Shown here: positions 1 through 7,692 of the stretch, piece after piece
Numbering within the stretch: position 1 is the stretch's first letter
How the letters are laid out: each line of letters begins with the position of its first letter
Source: a virus
Taxonomy: Duplodnaviria > Caudoviricetes
Strand: one strand, 5' to 3'
DNA length: 25,545 nt
Virus record (IMG/VR): IMGVR_UViG_3300032318_001497
Coordinates: 1-25,545 of that record
Translations under genes and position numbers: made by a program
Notes under the pieces: generated by a model
What the model saw: the letters and a program-made list of their open reading frames with translations, nothing else
What the model was told of the DNA's origin: nothing
The model's database searches: none

Positions 1-90
1 TAGATAGTCTACTTCTTGAGCTATGGTAAATCCTAGATCTCTAAAGATTTTATTTAATATTACGTTGCAACTTACTAGATTGTATATCAT
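1..90 (-). CDS. 5' part of a crAss-like tail ring protein (runs off the window start)
   Basis: Read by hand: ATG at 90 gives MIYNLVSCNVILNKIFRDLGFTIAQEVDYL..., open to the edge. The N-terminus and position after the IHF-like gene resemble crAss ring proteins. Confidence 0.6.
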   Translation of the reverse strand, partial: MIYNLVSCNVILNKIFRDLGFTIAQEVDYL

Positions 91-586
91 ATTCAGGAAA
101 ATTTAAATAATATAATTCATTTTCGTTTAACAAAGATACAATTTTATTTTTATTTCCCGATTTACATTCTGTACCATTTGTCCTTGATGCCTTAAATTTA
201 TAGAATCTTACGTATTTAGATACACTTAGTAAAGATCCTTTTAACCATCGTATTCCTATAAACCAATTACGTATATAGTATACATAGTTTTTACCTATTA
301 GATTGGGATCTTCTTCCCATAATTTATTCGTTTCTTTCCAGTTAACAGGATAGAGTATCTTACCACTCTTGCTAACAGCTGTCTTTTTAAATCTAAAATA
401 CTGCATTTGGCCAAGTCTGTTACCAAATGAGATTCTGTTTCCATTACCTTTTTGCATATAATCAAACATAGCTTGATTAGTATCCACACATACTTTTCTG
501 TAAGTACTATAATCTACAGGAGACTCGGATATCTTACAATAATAATTATAACTATCCTTTAATGTTAGCGGTGTAATGTGTGTCAT
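50..586 (-). CDS. crAss-type IHF/HU-like DNA-binding protein
   Basis: Basic 178 aa with ISFGNRLG, PVNWKETNKLW and YKFKASR motifs typical of the IHF-like genes in crAss tail modules. Confidence 0.65.
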   Translation of the reverse strand: MTHITPLTLKDSYNYYCKISESPVDYSTYRKVCVDTNQAMFDYMQKGNGNRISFGNRLGQMQYFRFKKTAVSKSGKILYPVNWKETNKLWEEDPNLIGKNYVYYIRNWFIGIRWLKGSLLSVSKYVRFYKFKASRTNGTECKSGNKNKIVSLLNENELYYLNFPEYDIQSSKLQRNIK

Positions 587-1229
587 TCTCAGAATCTGGT
601 GCTGTTCTTAGCATGTAATTCATTTCTTTACTCAAAATCAATTCTGTCATTGGTTGTATCATATCTGCAGGCATAGGAAATTCACTGTTAGTTGTATAAC
701 ACGGTTCATCACCACATAAGAAGCCATTTGCATCTTTAGGATTTTCTAATATTGCTCTTACATTAATAGCTGCAAGATCGTGATTATTAGGTATATAGAT
801 ATAACCATTTAAATAATAAGCCCTTGGAACATGAGCTGTATATTTACTGTATTTAATATATGGAGATCTTTGAGGAAGAATTAAATCAAAAGTAGTCTGT
901 TTATCAATAGATCCTACGTAAGTAATACCTATTCTTGTTTTTAATCTAATAGGATTAGGAATTTTAACCTCAGTTCTAAGGATATCACAATCTAAAGTTA
1001 TTTCACAGCATTCAGCTTTGTCTACTGAAATCAAAGGAATACAACCAAGATCTTGGCTATAGTTAGGATGTAAGTTCCAGTTTTGATCTAAATCACGTCT
1101 AATAAGCATAGCTCTGACGTATTTAATCATGAAAGCTACTTGGTTATATGACGGTATAAAGTCATCCGAAAGTCTACCTCCAGCATGGATATTTAAAATA
1201 TTATATACTAATTCACTTTCTGTAGCCAT
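552..1229 (-). CDS. Tail tubular/ring protein
   Basis: 225 aa. N-terminal ELVYNIL, central QDLGCIPL..VD, and C-terminal FPMPADMI..ILSKE..D..ND pattern match crAss ring proteins. Confidence 0.7.
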   Translation of the reverse strand: MATESELVYNILNIHAGGRLSDDFIPSYNQVAFMIKYVRAMLIRRDLDQNWNLHPNYSQDLGCIPLISVDKAECCEITLDCDILRTEVKIPNPIRLKTRIGITYVGSIDKQTTFDLILPQRSPYIKYSKYTAHVPRAYYLNGYIYIPNNHDLAAINVRAILENPKDANGFLCGDEPCYTTNSEFPMPADMIQPMTELILSKEMNYMLRTAPDSENDTHYTANIKG

Positions 1230-1230
1230 T

Positions 1231-1674
1231 TTATTTCTTGATTAACCAGATTATAAATACAAATATAGCTATTAATACCCAAAAATACCAAAGAGGATAA
1301 CCTTCTTTTACTTCTATAGTTTTAGGTACTTCTACTTTAACAGTATCTCTAACACTAACCAAAATAGAATCATGTATAAAAATGGGCCTCCTAACAACTG
1401 TAGTTTTGACTTTATTAAGGCTATCCACCGTTTGATAAACAATTGTGAAGCTATCACTAAATACCTTGTTGAGGGAATCACGATACAATATGGTAGATTG
1501 AAAACTACTATCACCAGGTATAGTATCGTATATTTTAATAAGAGTATCTTTTTTAAAAATAACTGTTTTATATGTGCTGTCACCGTATTTAGGGTTTTTC
1601 TTTATTGCTTGTTTTAAATGCCATTCAGCTGTACATGAACTTAGTAGTACTAATATAATAATTAAATATCTCAT
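1231..1674 (-). CDS. Candidate unimolecular spanin (lipoprotein with C-terminal TM helix), 147 aa
   Basis: Start re-called at ATG 1674 (ATGA overlap with the upstream stop). MRYLIIILVLLSS-C lipobox, beta-rich middle, C-terminal WYFWVLIAIFVFIIWLIKK TM helix. Confidence 0.7.
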   Translation of the reverse strand: MRYLIIILVLLSSCTAEWHLKQAIKKNPKYGDSTYKTVIFKKDTLIKIYDTIPGDSSFQSTILYRDSLNKVFSDSFTIVYQTVDSLNKVKTTVVRRPIFIHDSILVSVRDTVKVEVPKTIEVKEGYPLWYFWVLIAIFVFIIWLIKK

Positions 1675-1964
1675 GTTAATGCTTCGTAAATAGCTACAAA
1701 TATAAGATTTCCTATTACATATAATAATATAGTACCCATTATAGTACCTGTTGCTAACCAAGCTACTAATAATACCTGTAATGTTGTAGACAAATGCCAC
1801 ATGTCATAGAACATTGGAAAATACTTTTTAAGAAACTCATGTTTAGGAGCTTCAGCAGTTTCTCTCCAATAAAATTTAGACCAATTTAATTTTTTAAAAC
1901 TATCATGATGAGAAATCGAATCCATCACGGCTTTTAACACAACAAAGACAATTACATACATCAT
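1671..1964 (-). CDS. Multi-pass membrane protein in the lysis cassette
   Basis: 97 aa with about 3 hydrophobic segments, AVMD and DMWHL motifs, ATGA-coupled on both sides. Confidence 0.6.
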   Translation of the reverse strand: MMYVIVFVVLKAVMDSISHHDSFKKLNWSKFYWRETAEAPKHEFLKKYFPMFYDMWHLSTTLQVLLVAWLATGTIMGTILLYVIGNLIFVAIYEALT

Positions 1965-2113
1965 CGGTTTTAGTTATTAGATTGTTTAGTTTTTTGTTTA
2001 ATGTTCTTTTTACGTTCTTCATTAGAAGCTTTAATTTGTACACAAAGGTCATATTCTAAGTATGCTGTTAATAATGCCACAAAAATAGATAAAATTACAA
2101 CTAAAGTCTTCAT
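1961..2113 (-). CDS. Small single-TM protein (50 aa), not in the ORF track
   Basis: MKTLVVILSIFVALLTAYLEYDLCVQIKASNEERKRTLNKKLNNLITKNR. It fills the gap exactly, with ATGA overlaps at both ends. Confidence 0.7.
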
Positions 2114-2517
2114 AATATTGTAATATTTATTTTTTCTTTTTTCTCAACTTTTTTAAGTTCAGCCATAAAAGCATTAAAAGCTTTAGCTGATTCTCCAATA
2201 AAGTCTTTAGTTTTAATTTTACCTACAAGGATGCAACCTTCTGTATCTTCTGGTTTGTTTCCAGTATGCATTCTAATACCTTTAAAACCAGGTACATTCT
2301 GAATTTCAGGTAAGTATTTTTGAAAACGATTGCTAAAAGAAAGCACTACATTATAAGTACCTCTTGGTATAGCAGTTAGACCAAATATTTTTTGATGCCC
2401 TTGTTCAAGGTATCTGTCGGTATCTTCTAATGTAAAACAAAAGAAGATACCGTTAATACTAAGTTCACCTATAGTGGACTTATTAGTAAATATTTTCCTC
2501 TTTACTTGTATTTCCAT
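2110..2517 (-). CDS. DUF5675-family protein, candidate endolysin
   Basis: STIGEL..FCFTLED, TAIPRGTY, VPGFKGIRMHTGN..DTEGCILVG signature; holin-like and spanin-like neighbours. Confidence 0.8.
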   Translation of the reverse strand: MEIQVKRKIFTNKSTIGELSINGIFFCFTLEDTDRYLEQGHQKIFGLTAIPRGTYNVVLSFSNRFQKYLPEIQNVPGFKGIRMHTGNKPEDTEGCILVGKIKTKDFIGESAKAFNAFMAELKKVEKKEKINITIL

Positions 2518-2722
2518 GACCAAAAAAATTAGATAAAAATAAACCTATTACTCCAATAATACCGATTACCATACCTACTTTTTCTTGTTCAAAATATACA
2601 AAAGTACCAGCTGCTGCAGAACAAGTTGTAAACAAAGCCCACCCAAACCTAGCAATGTTTCTAGGTGTAGGTTTTAAAAATTGACTTACCCCGTAAGTAT
2701 ATTTTTTTATTTGTTTAACCAT
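2483..2722 (-). CDS. Holin-like protein with 2 TM helices (79 aa)
   Basis: Start re-called at ATG 2722. KPTP motif followed by two hydrophobic helices; overlaps the endolysin candidate. Confidence 0.6.
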   Translation of the reverse strand: MVKQIKKYTYGVSQFLKPTPRNIARFGWALFTTCSAAAGTFVYFEQEKVGMVIGIIGVIGLFLSNFFGHGNTSKEENIY

Positions 2723-2871
2723 TTTTTTACTATTTGAATTACCTGCCATAATGAAACAAAGGCTGATAATGTAAATGATAAAAATTGAATAATTGGTAAC
2801 CAATGGGCCATCATTCCAAAGAATGCTAACCCCCAGCTAACCATGTTTAATTCTGCAATTTTGTGGTTCAT
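2707..2871 (-). CDS. Small holin/antiholin-like membrane protein (54 aa), not in the ORF track
   Basis: MNHKIAELNMVSWGLAFFGMMAHWLPIIQFLSFTLSAFVSLWQVIQIVKKWLNK: two hydrophobic segments and a basic tail. Confidence 0.65.
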   Translation of the reverse strand: MNHKIAELNMVSWGLAFFGMMAHWLPIIQFLSFTLSAFVSLWQVIQIVKKWLNK

Positions 2872-2885
2872 AGGTTAATAATACT

Positions 2886-3206
2886 TTAATTTTTTTCAAA
2901 AGGATTTTGATTTCCTTCTAAGATTTCACAGACTTGAATAATTGTAAGTGGTACTCCGTGTTTCTTAACTTTAGCTTTAATTAACGTAATGTCTTCTGAA
3001 CTAAGTTCAACTTCTGTTAAATCTTTAGCTCTTGAAATTTTTACAATTAATTCTCCACATTTGTAAGATTCTTCTGGTGTCTGACCTTCAGATACAACAT
3101 TTAACACAGTAATAATAATGTCTTTTACTGTAATGTTTTTTTCTTTTTCTGCAAACGTTTCACCTTCTGGTGAAAGTAAGTTCTGATTTAAATTTATTTT
3201 TCCCAT
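2886..3206 (-). CDS. Hypothetical protein (possible fibre assembly factor)
   Basis: ATG at 3206 (MGKINLNQ); helical soluble protein downstream of the fibre gene. Function is inferred from position only. Confidence 0.5.
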   Translation of the reverse strand: MGKINLNQNLLSPEGETFAEKEKNITVKDIIITVLNVVSEGQTPEESYKCGELIVKISRAKDLTEVELSSEDITLIKAKVKKHGVPLTIIQVCEILEGNQNPFEKN

Positions 3207-3209
3207 GTG

Positions 3210-3240
3210 CAATTATAACTAATATTTTTAAAATTACAAA
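3210..3240 (-). promoter_or_regulatory. Bacteroidota-type promoter candidate
   Basis: Minus strand reads TTTG-N19-TATAATTG (one mismatch to TAnnTTTG), 3 nt before ATG 3206. Confidence 0.4.
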
Positions 3241-3524
3241 GTTGACGTAAACGTTAAACTTGGATTTAATTTTGAAAAATGTAAAATGTATAAATCATGC
3301 AATTCTGCAAGAATATTACCAGATAAAGATTCCATTTCTATTTGCGGCAAATTATAAACAAATTGGCTACTTTCTGTTGAAACATAAGAATCAATGTACC
3401 CTTGCGGCATATCATCTTTATAACCTAATCTTGTTGAATAATTTACCACCAATTTTTCAATTTTAACTGGCGTTTGTGTTTCTGTTGTTGTAGCTAAAAA
3501 GCTAGGTGTGTTTATTAATATCAT
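3234..3524 (-). CDS. Hypothetical protein, fibre-associated
   Basis: 96-aa ORF tightly packed after the tail fibre gene. Confidence 0.55.
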   Translation of the reverse strand: MILINTPSFLATTTETQTPVKIEKLVVNYSTRLGYKDDMPQGYIDSYVSTESSQFVYNLPQIEMESLSGNILAELHDLYILHFSKLNPSLTFTSTL

Positions 3525-3535
3525 GATTTTAATTA

Positions 3536-4969
3536 TTAAGCTCCAGCAACTGCTGGTATTCTATATGATGTACCTGTTGAATCAAAAACAACTAAATAAC
3601 CAGTTGGGGTTACTGTTGTGGCTACATAAGCTGCATGTGTTTTATGCTTGCCCATTATAAATGCATCTCCTGTTCCATCTGCAAACACAGCTTTAAGTGT
3701 ATCACCAGCAGTACTTGTTGTAACAGGAGCTAAAGCTGGTGCTGTTATTCCAGATGGACCAAACGTAAACCTCTGTATGTTATTTCCGTTTGTATCTGTA
3801 AAGCCTGGTATTCCGTTCCCAGTACTAAGAATAAGTCTTGCTCCTTGGGTAGAATCGCCCAGTTCAAGCCTACTCAAAGGGCCAGCTGATGCATTTCTAA
3901 GTCTAACTACAGCTGAAGACGGAGCGCTAATTATAGCATTTGAACCTAATATAAAAGTTCCTGCTGAAGTTATATTTCCTCCAGATGTTGTTGCTATACT
4001 ACCATACATAGTCATTAAAGAACTACTTATAGTAAGAAATACAGTATTAGTTTGATTTAAAAATTGTAATTCATTTGAACCAGATCCATAACTCTTTAAA
4101 AATGTTTTAAAAGATTCAGCAACAGAAGCACTTCCATTCCAAACATTAACGTTAAAAGCTAAATAAGGAGAATTATAATAAGTAGTGCCACTTGTTGCTG
4201 CATTTGTTGATGTTAATGCAATTCCATTTGAAGATGTTCCACCTGTAGCGGTAGCAACATTAGTAGTTAATAAACCACTATTTAATCCAGTATAAGCACT
4301 ATCATCTGCAAGTTTAACCTCAAGGTTTGTTGTGCTTCTTTTTAATGCAGGATATAAACTTGTTGTTCCTCCAAACTGAAGTCTATCAAAATTATTTTCA
4401 GTACCATCATAAATAGCCATAATACCTCCAGAGGTTGCCTTTATTACCACGTTTCCACCTCCAGCAGCTAAAACATTTGCAAATACATATCCAGGCAAAA
4501 CTGCGTCACCTCCAACTGAAACGTAAAATTTGCTTACACCATCTTTTTGTGCTTCAATTAATCTGCCATTAAAAGTACTAGCAGCATTGATTCCTAAACC
4601 AGTTCCACTTGTACTCCATGCAGTACTCGTTGTTCCAGTTGGTTCAATTAAAAGTTGTGGCTTAGTTGTTGTAGCAGTTCCACCACTAAACCAACCTCCT
4701 GTAATTGACACAGGAGGAGTTGATGCTGTTGCAGTTGTAGTTGATATTAATCTTCCAGTTTCAATAAAACCAGTATTAAATAAATTTGAATCAACAAAAA
4801 GATTTCCTCCAGTTATTCTTACAGAAGTTGTACCTAATCTTAATGGAGAATTTTGACCTGTTCCATCTGTTACATTTTGAACAGTAGCACTTAAAGGTGT
4901 ATTTATTGTTTCTAAATTTAATATTCCTTGATAATTAAGTCCTATGTTTTCATTGAGTAAATTTGCCAT
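3536..4969 (-). CDS. Tail fibre/spike protein
   Basis: 477 aa rich in G/T/S/N with beta-repeat character; internal repeated module RLQFGG..YPALK / RFTFGP..APALA. Confidence 0.75.
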   Translation of the reverse strand: MANLLNENIGLNYQGILNLETINTPLSATVQNVTDGTGQNSPLRLGTTSVRITGGNLFVDSNLFNTGFIETGRLISTTTATASTPPVSITGGWFSGGTATTTKPQLLIEPTGTTSTAWSTSGTGLGINAASTFNGRLIEAQKDGVSKFYVSVGGDAVLPGYVFANVLAAGGGNVVIKATSGGIMAIYDGTENNFDRLQFGGTTSLYPALKRSTTNLEVKLADDSAYTGLNSGLLTTNVATATGGTSSNGIALTSTNAATSGTTYYNSPYLAFNVNVWNGSASVAESFKTFLKSYGSGSNELQFLNQTNTVFLTISSSLMTMYGSIATTSGGNITSAGTFILGSNAIISAPSSAVVRLRNASAGPLSRLELGDSTQGARLILSTGNGIPGFTDTNGNNIQRFTFGPSGITAPALAPVTTSTAGDTLKAVFADGTGDAFIMGKHKTHAAYVATTVTPTGYLVVFDSTGTSYRIPAVAGA

Positions 4970-4972
4970 ATT

Positions 4973-5107
4973 TTATTGTCCCCATATTAAAGTTGTACTT
5001 GATCCCCATGTTTGAGTTGGGGTTGAGGTTCCCCATACAAATACGTTACTAATAGCTTTTGCTATTAATGACCTCATTCTAATTCCTAAACCTATTCCTA
5101 TTATCAT
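4973..5107 (-). CDS. Small WG-repeat protein (44 aa), not in the ORF track
   Basis: MIIGIGLGIRMRSLIAKAISNVFVWGTSTPTQTWGSSTTLIWGQ; fills the gap between genes with 1-3 nt spacing. Confidence 0.7.
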   Translation of the reverse strand: MIIGIGLGIRMRSLIAKAISNVFVWGTSTPTQTWGSSTTLIWGQ

Positions 5108-5108
5108 A

Positions 5109-5420
5109 TTAGTTAGTTATAGTTAAAGCTCCGTAACATATTACAGTTGTACCACTAGGTACAGTTATAGATGTAATTTTACCATAAATCATTACACCTT
5201 GGCTAAACGTAATAGTACTAAAATTATTAGCTGTACCATCAATAGTAATTGATGAGATAGTACCAGTTGCAGTTAACATTTGTACAGCACACCAGTCACC
5301 TGTTACTGCACTTCCTGCTCCTACTACTACTGTATTTTTAGCTGTACCTCCAAAAGTAACTTTATAAAAGCCACTAAAAAGGTTAACTAACATTGCCATT
5401 AATGATTCTAATCTTGTCAT
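5109..5420 (-). CDS. Small virion/fibre-associated beta protein
   Basis: 103 aa, T/G/V-rich, ending IYGKITSITVPSGTTVICY; lies in the tail module. Confidence 0.55.
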   Translation of the reverse strand: MTRLESLMAMLVNLFSGFYKVTFGGTAKNTVVVGAGSAVTGDWCAVQMLTATGTISSITIDGTANNFSTITFSQGVMIYGKITSITVPSGTTVICYGALTITN

Positions 5421-5433
5421 TTTATTTTATATT

Positions 5434-5718
5434 TTAATTTTTTGCAATATCTAAAGCTATAGTTAATATATGTACAAACTGTGTTTGAGTAATAGAGTTA
5501 TAATATCCAGTTACATCTCCATTATCTGCTTGATCCCAATCTTTTAAAATCCTTTTAGTTAACCACAAACGGTAATACTTACAAAGATTTTTACAACTAG
5601 TACCGTAAGAATATGTATTAGCCACAGCATTTGCATAGTTAACAAATGCTTTGTCTATTTTATCAGACATATCCTGCAAGGTAGCAGTTGGTATATTAAT
5701 CACATCCACAGTTGTCAT
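5434..5718 (-). CDS. Putative tail hub (small subunit)-like protein
   Basis: Helical ~94 aa overlapping the end of the preceding gene; assigned from crAss gene order. Confidence 0.45.
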   Translation of the reverse strand: MTTVDVINIPTATLQDMSDKIDKAFVNYANAVANTYSYGTSCKNLCKYYRLWLTKRILKDWDQADNGDVTGYYNSITQTQFVHILTIALDIAKN

Positions 5719-6535
5719 CACAATATTTACTTAATAAATCAAAAATTTGTTGAGCTTTATTAATATTATCTATTTCACAATTAACAAACATTGCATCATA
5801 AAGCAAATATTTATTTACTAATTCAGCGTCTACCTCATCACATTCACATTCTACTAAATCAGCTACTTTATTATCTAAACATTCTTTAATAGATTTAGCT
5901 ACAGGAAAATATTTAGTAGATGTGTATCCTACTACATATGTAGAATAATTAGATGTAGTACTTTGAGTAATATTTCGAGATACTGTTATTTTATTAAAAG
6001 TAGGATCTATAACTGTATTTATACTAGTTATATTATATAATCTAGTTGAATCAAAATTACCAGTAGTTAAACCACTTCCAGATTTACTTAAAAGGATACA
6101 ATTAGCATTTTTAAATGATAATACATTAGTATTTTCATATGCAAAAAAATTATCTCCACCAGTCCAAGCTATTGTAGTTGTAACATTATTTGGAAAAAAC
6201 TCAGTTTGTTCTACTTTCCATAACCCATCTTCAATTTGTTCATCAGCAGTATAACCTAAATCAGTATTAAGAAATACAGTATAAAACTCACCAAAAGCTT
6301 CAGCCATTTTAAAAGCATCAAATTGAGTTCCAATTTTAGTAATAACTTGTCCAGAAGGAGAAGTAAATACCATTCTATATCCATATAAATCTACAGTATT
6401 TGCTGAAGCTTCTCTATAACCTACAGGATCTTGATTAGCACCATAACCAGTAACTCCAGTACCAGTCATACTAGCAATTTTGAATGCTTTGTAGTCTCTA
6501 CCTACACCTAATTTTATTTTAGTTTTTAATGCCAT
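5696..6535 (-). CDS. Putative tail hub (large subunit)-like protein
   Basis: ATG at 6535. IEDGLWKV motif and Cys-rich C-terminus (KAQQIFDLL..CDDNCGCD) resemble crAss hub proteins. Confidence 0.55.
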   Translation of the reverse strand: MALKTKIKLGVGRDYKAFKIASMTGTGVTGYGANQDPVGYREASANTVDLYGYRMVFTSPSGQVITKIGTQFDAFKMAEAFGEFYTVFLNTDLGYTADEQIEDGLWKVEQTEFFPNNVTTTIAWTGGDNFFAYENTNVLSFKNANCILLSKSGSGLTTGNFDSTRLYNITSINTVIDPTFNKITVSRNITQSTTSNYSTYVVGYTSTKYFPVAKSIKECLDNKVADLVECECDEVDAELVNKYLLYDAMFVNCEIDNINKAQQIFDLLSKYCDDNCGCD

Positions 6536-6540
6536 GATTA

Positions 6541-6975
6541 TTAAGCAGTAAAATATTCTACACAATTAAGATACCAACCATTACCATCATATATAGCAGT
6601 ATAACAAAAAACTCCAGAAGTTGTAGGAAAACCAGTACTTAAATTTATATTTATAATACCACCTGTAAATATTGGATAACTAGTTTCAGTATTAGATAAT
6701 GTAAATATATTATAAATTTTTCCAACTATAGCATTTTCTAAAAGAATGTAATTTGCTGCAGAATTATTAAGATTTAAAATAAAATTTTGAGTATTAACCT
6801 TAGAAAAATCTAAAATATAAGGATTTTCTTCAATAGCTCCAGATACTTGCTTTTGTGAAAAAAAAGATTCTCCTAAAATATTTGTTAAAGGAACATCAAA
6901 ATCTGCTCCATCTTTGTGTACTACAACTGTAGACTTATTGACATCTGTGGTTGTTAAATTAATTATGCTGTTCAT
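6541..6975 (-). CDS. Putative short fibre/decoration protein
   Basis: N-terminal module shared with 7012-7599; C-terminal beta domain ending YTAIYDGNGWY. Confidence 0.55.
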   Translation of the reverse strand: MNSIINLTTTDVNKSTVVVHKDGADFDVPLTNILGESFFSQKQVSGAIEENPYILDFSKVNTQNFILNLNNSAANYILLENAIVGKIYNIFTLSNTETSYPIFTGGIININLSTGFPTTSGVFCYTAIYDGNGWYLNCVEYFTA

Positions 6976-6979
6976 ATTA

Positions 6980-6987
6980 CAAATATA
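6980..6987 (-). promoter_or_regulatory. -7 element TATATTTG
   Basis: Matches the Bacteroidota TAnnTTTG consensus; intergenic, 4 nt before ATG. Confidence 0.6.
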
Positions 6988-7011
6988 GATTATTAAGTTT
7001 AAAAATAAAAA

Positions 7012-7599
7012 TTACAATTGATGAACGGTTACAATTATAGATGCAGCAGCAGGAGGAGGATTACCAGCATTATAAGCCTGTAAAGTAATTGTTGTGTTTG
7101 ACACAGACCACATTAATTGATAAAAATCTCCAGGATTAGCTTGAATATAATAATTCCAACTTGCAATAGTATGACCATCATTACCAGTTCTACGTCTAGG
7201 TACAGAAATTAAACCAGTAGTTCCTGCAAGATCAGAACCATTTTTTCTTAACCAAATATTTACATCTTCTTCATCATTGTTAGTATTTTTCAATTGTGCT
7301 GAAAATTGAAGATTGTAAACAGCATTTTTAGTAAATAAAATTCTAGTCAAATTAGTTCCATCTGATACAACAGATACACCGTTTTCAAAATCAATTGTAC
7401 GATAAATCATAGGATAACCTGTACTAACAGCTGCAGCAGATTGTGTTTGCATATCTTGCCAAGCACCATAAGGTCTAGTAACAGGTGATAACAAAGCTTG
7501 TAAAGGTACGTCAAAAACAGCACCGTCTTTTTTAATTTCAACTAATGATTTATCAATATCATTTAAAGTTAAGATAGGTAATATACTATGTAGTTCCAT
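7012..7599 (-). CDS. Putative fibre/decoration protein with C1q/BclA-like C-terminal domain
   Basis: VYNLQFSAQL, IWLRKNG and ANPGDFYQLMW patterns fit a TNF/C1q-like jelly-roll. Confidence 0.6.
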   Translation of the reverse strand: MELHSILPILTLNDIDKSLVEIKKDGAVFDVPLQALLSPVTRPYGAWQDMQTQSAAAVSTGYPMIYRTIDFENGVSVVSDGTNLTRILFTKNAVYNLQFSAQLKNTNNDEEDVNIWLRKNGSDLAGTTGLISVPRRRTGNDGHTIASWNYYIQANPGDFYQLMWSVSNTTITLQAYNAGNPPPAAASIIVTVHQL

Positions 7600-7603
7600 A
7601 ATA

Positions 7604-7611
7604 CAAATATA
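7604..7611 (-). promoter_or_regulatory. -7 element TATATTTG
   Basis: TAnnTTTG match just downstream of a terminator, 4 nt before ATG. Confidence 0.6.
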
Positions 7612-7640
7612 CTTAATTATGGTTAAAAATAATAATAAAC

Positions 7641-7670
7641 AAAAAAAGAGGATATTTCTATCCCCTTTTT
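7641..7670 (-). terminator. Intrinsic terminator
   Basis: Minus strand AAAAAGGGGATA-GAAA-TATCCTC-T7, after the 7693-8967 gene. Confidence 0.8.
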
Positions 7671-7692
7671 AAGTTTTAAAGTTTGATTAAAA

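Noticed and set aside
298-1583. Nested minus-strand ORFs 298-489 and 1332-1583 (possible embedded o-spanin)
   Set aside because: Out-of-frame overlaps with no lipobox; the host gene already has a complete u-spanin layout.
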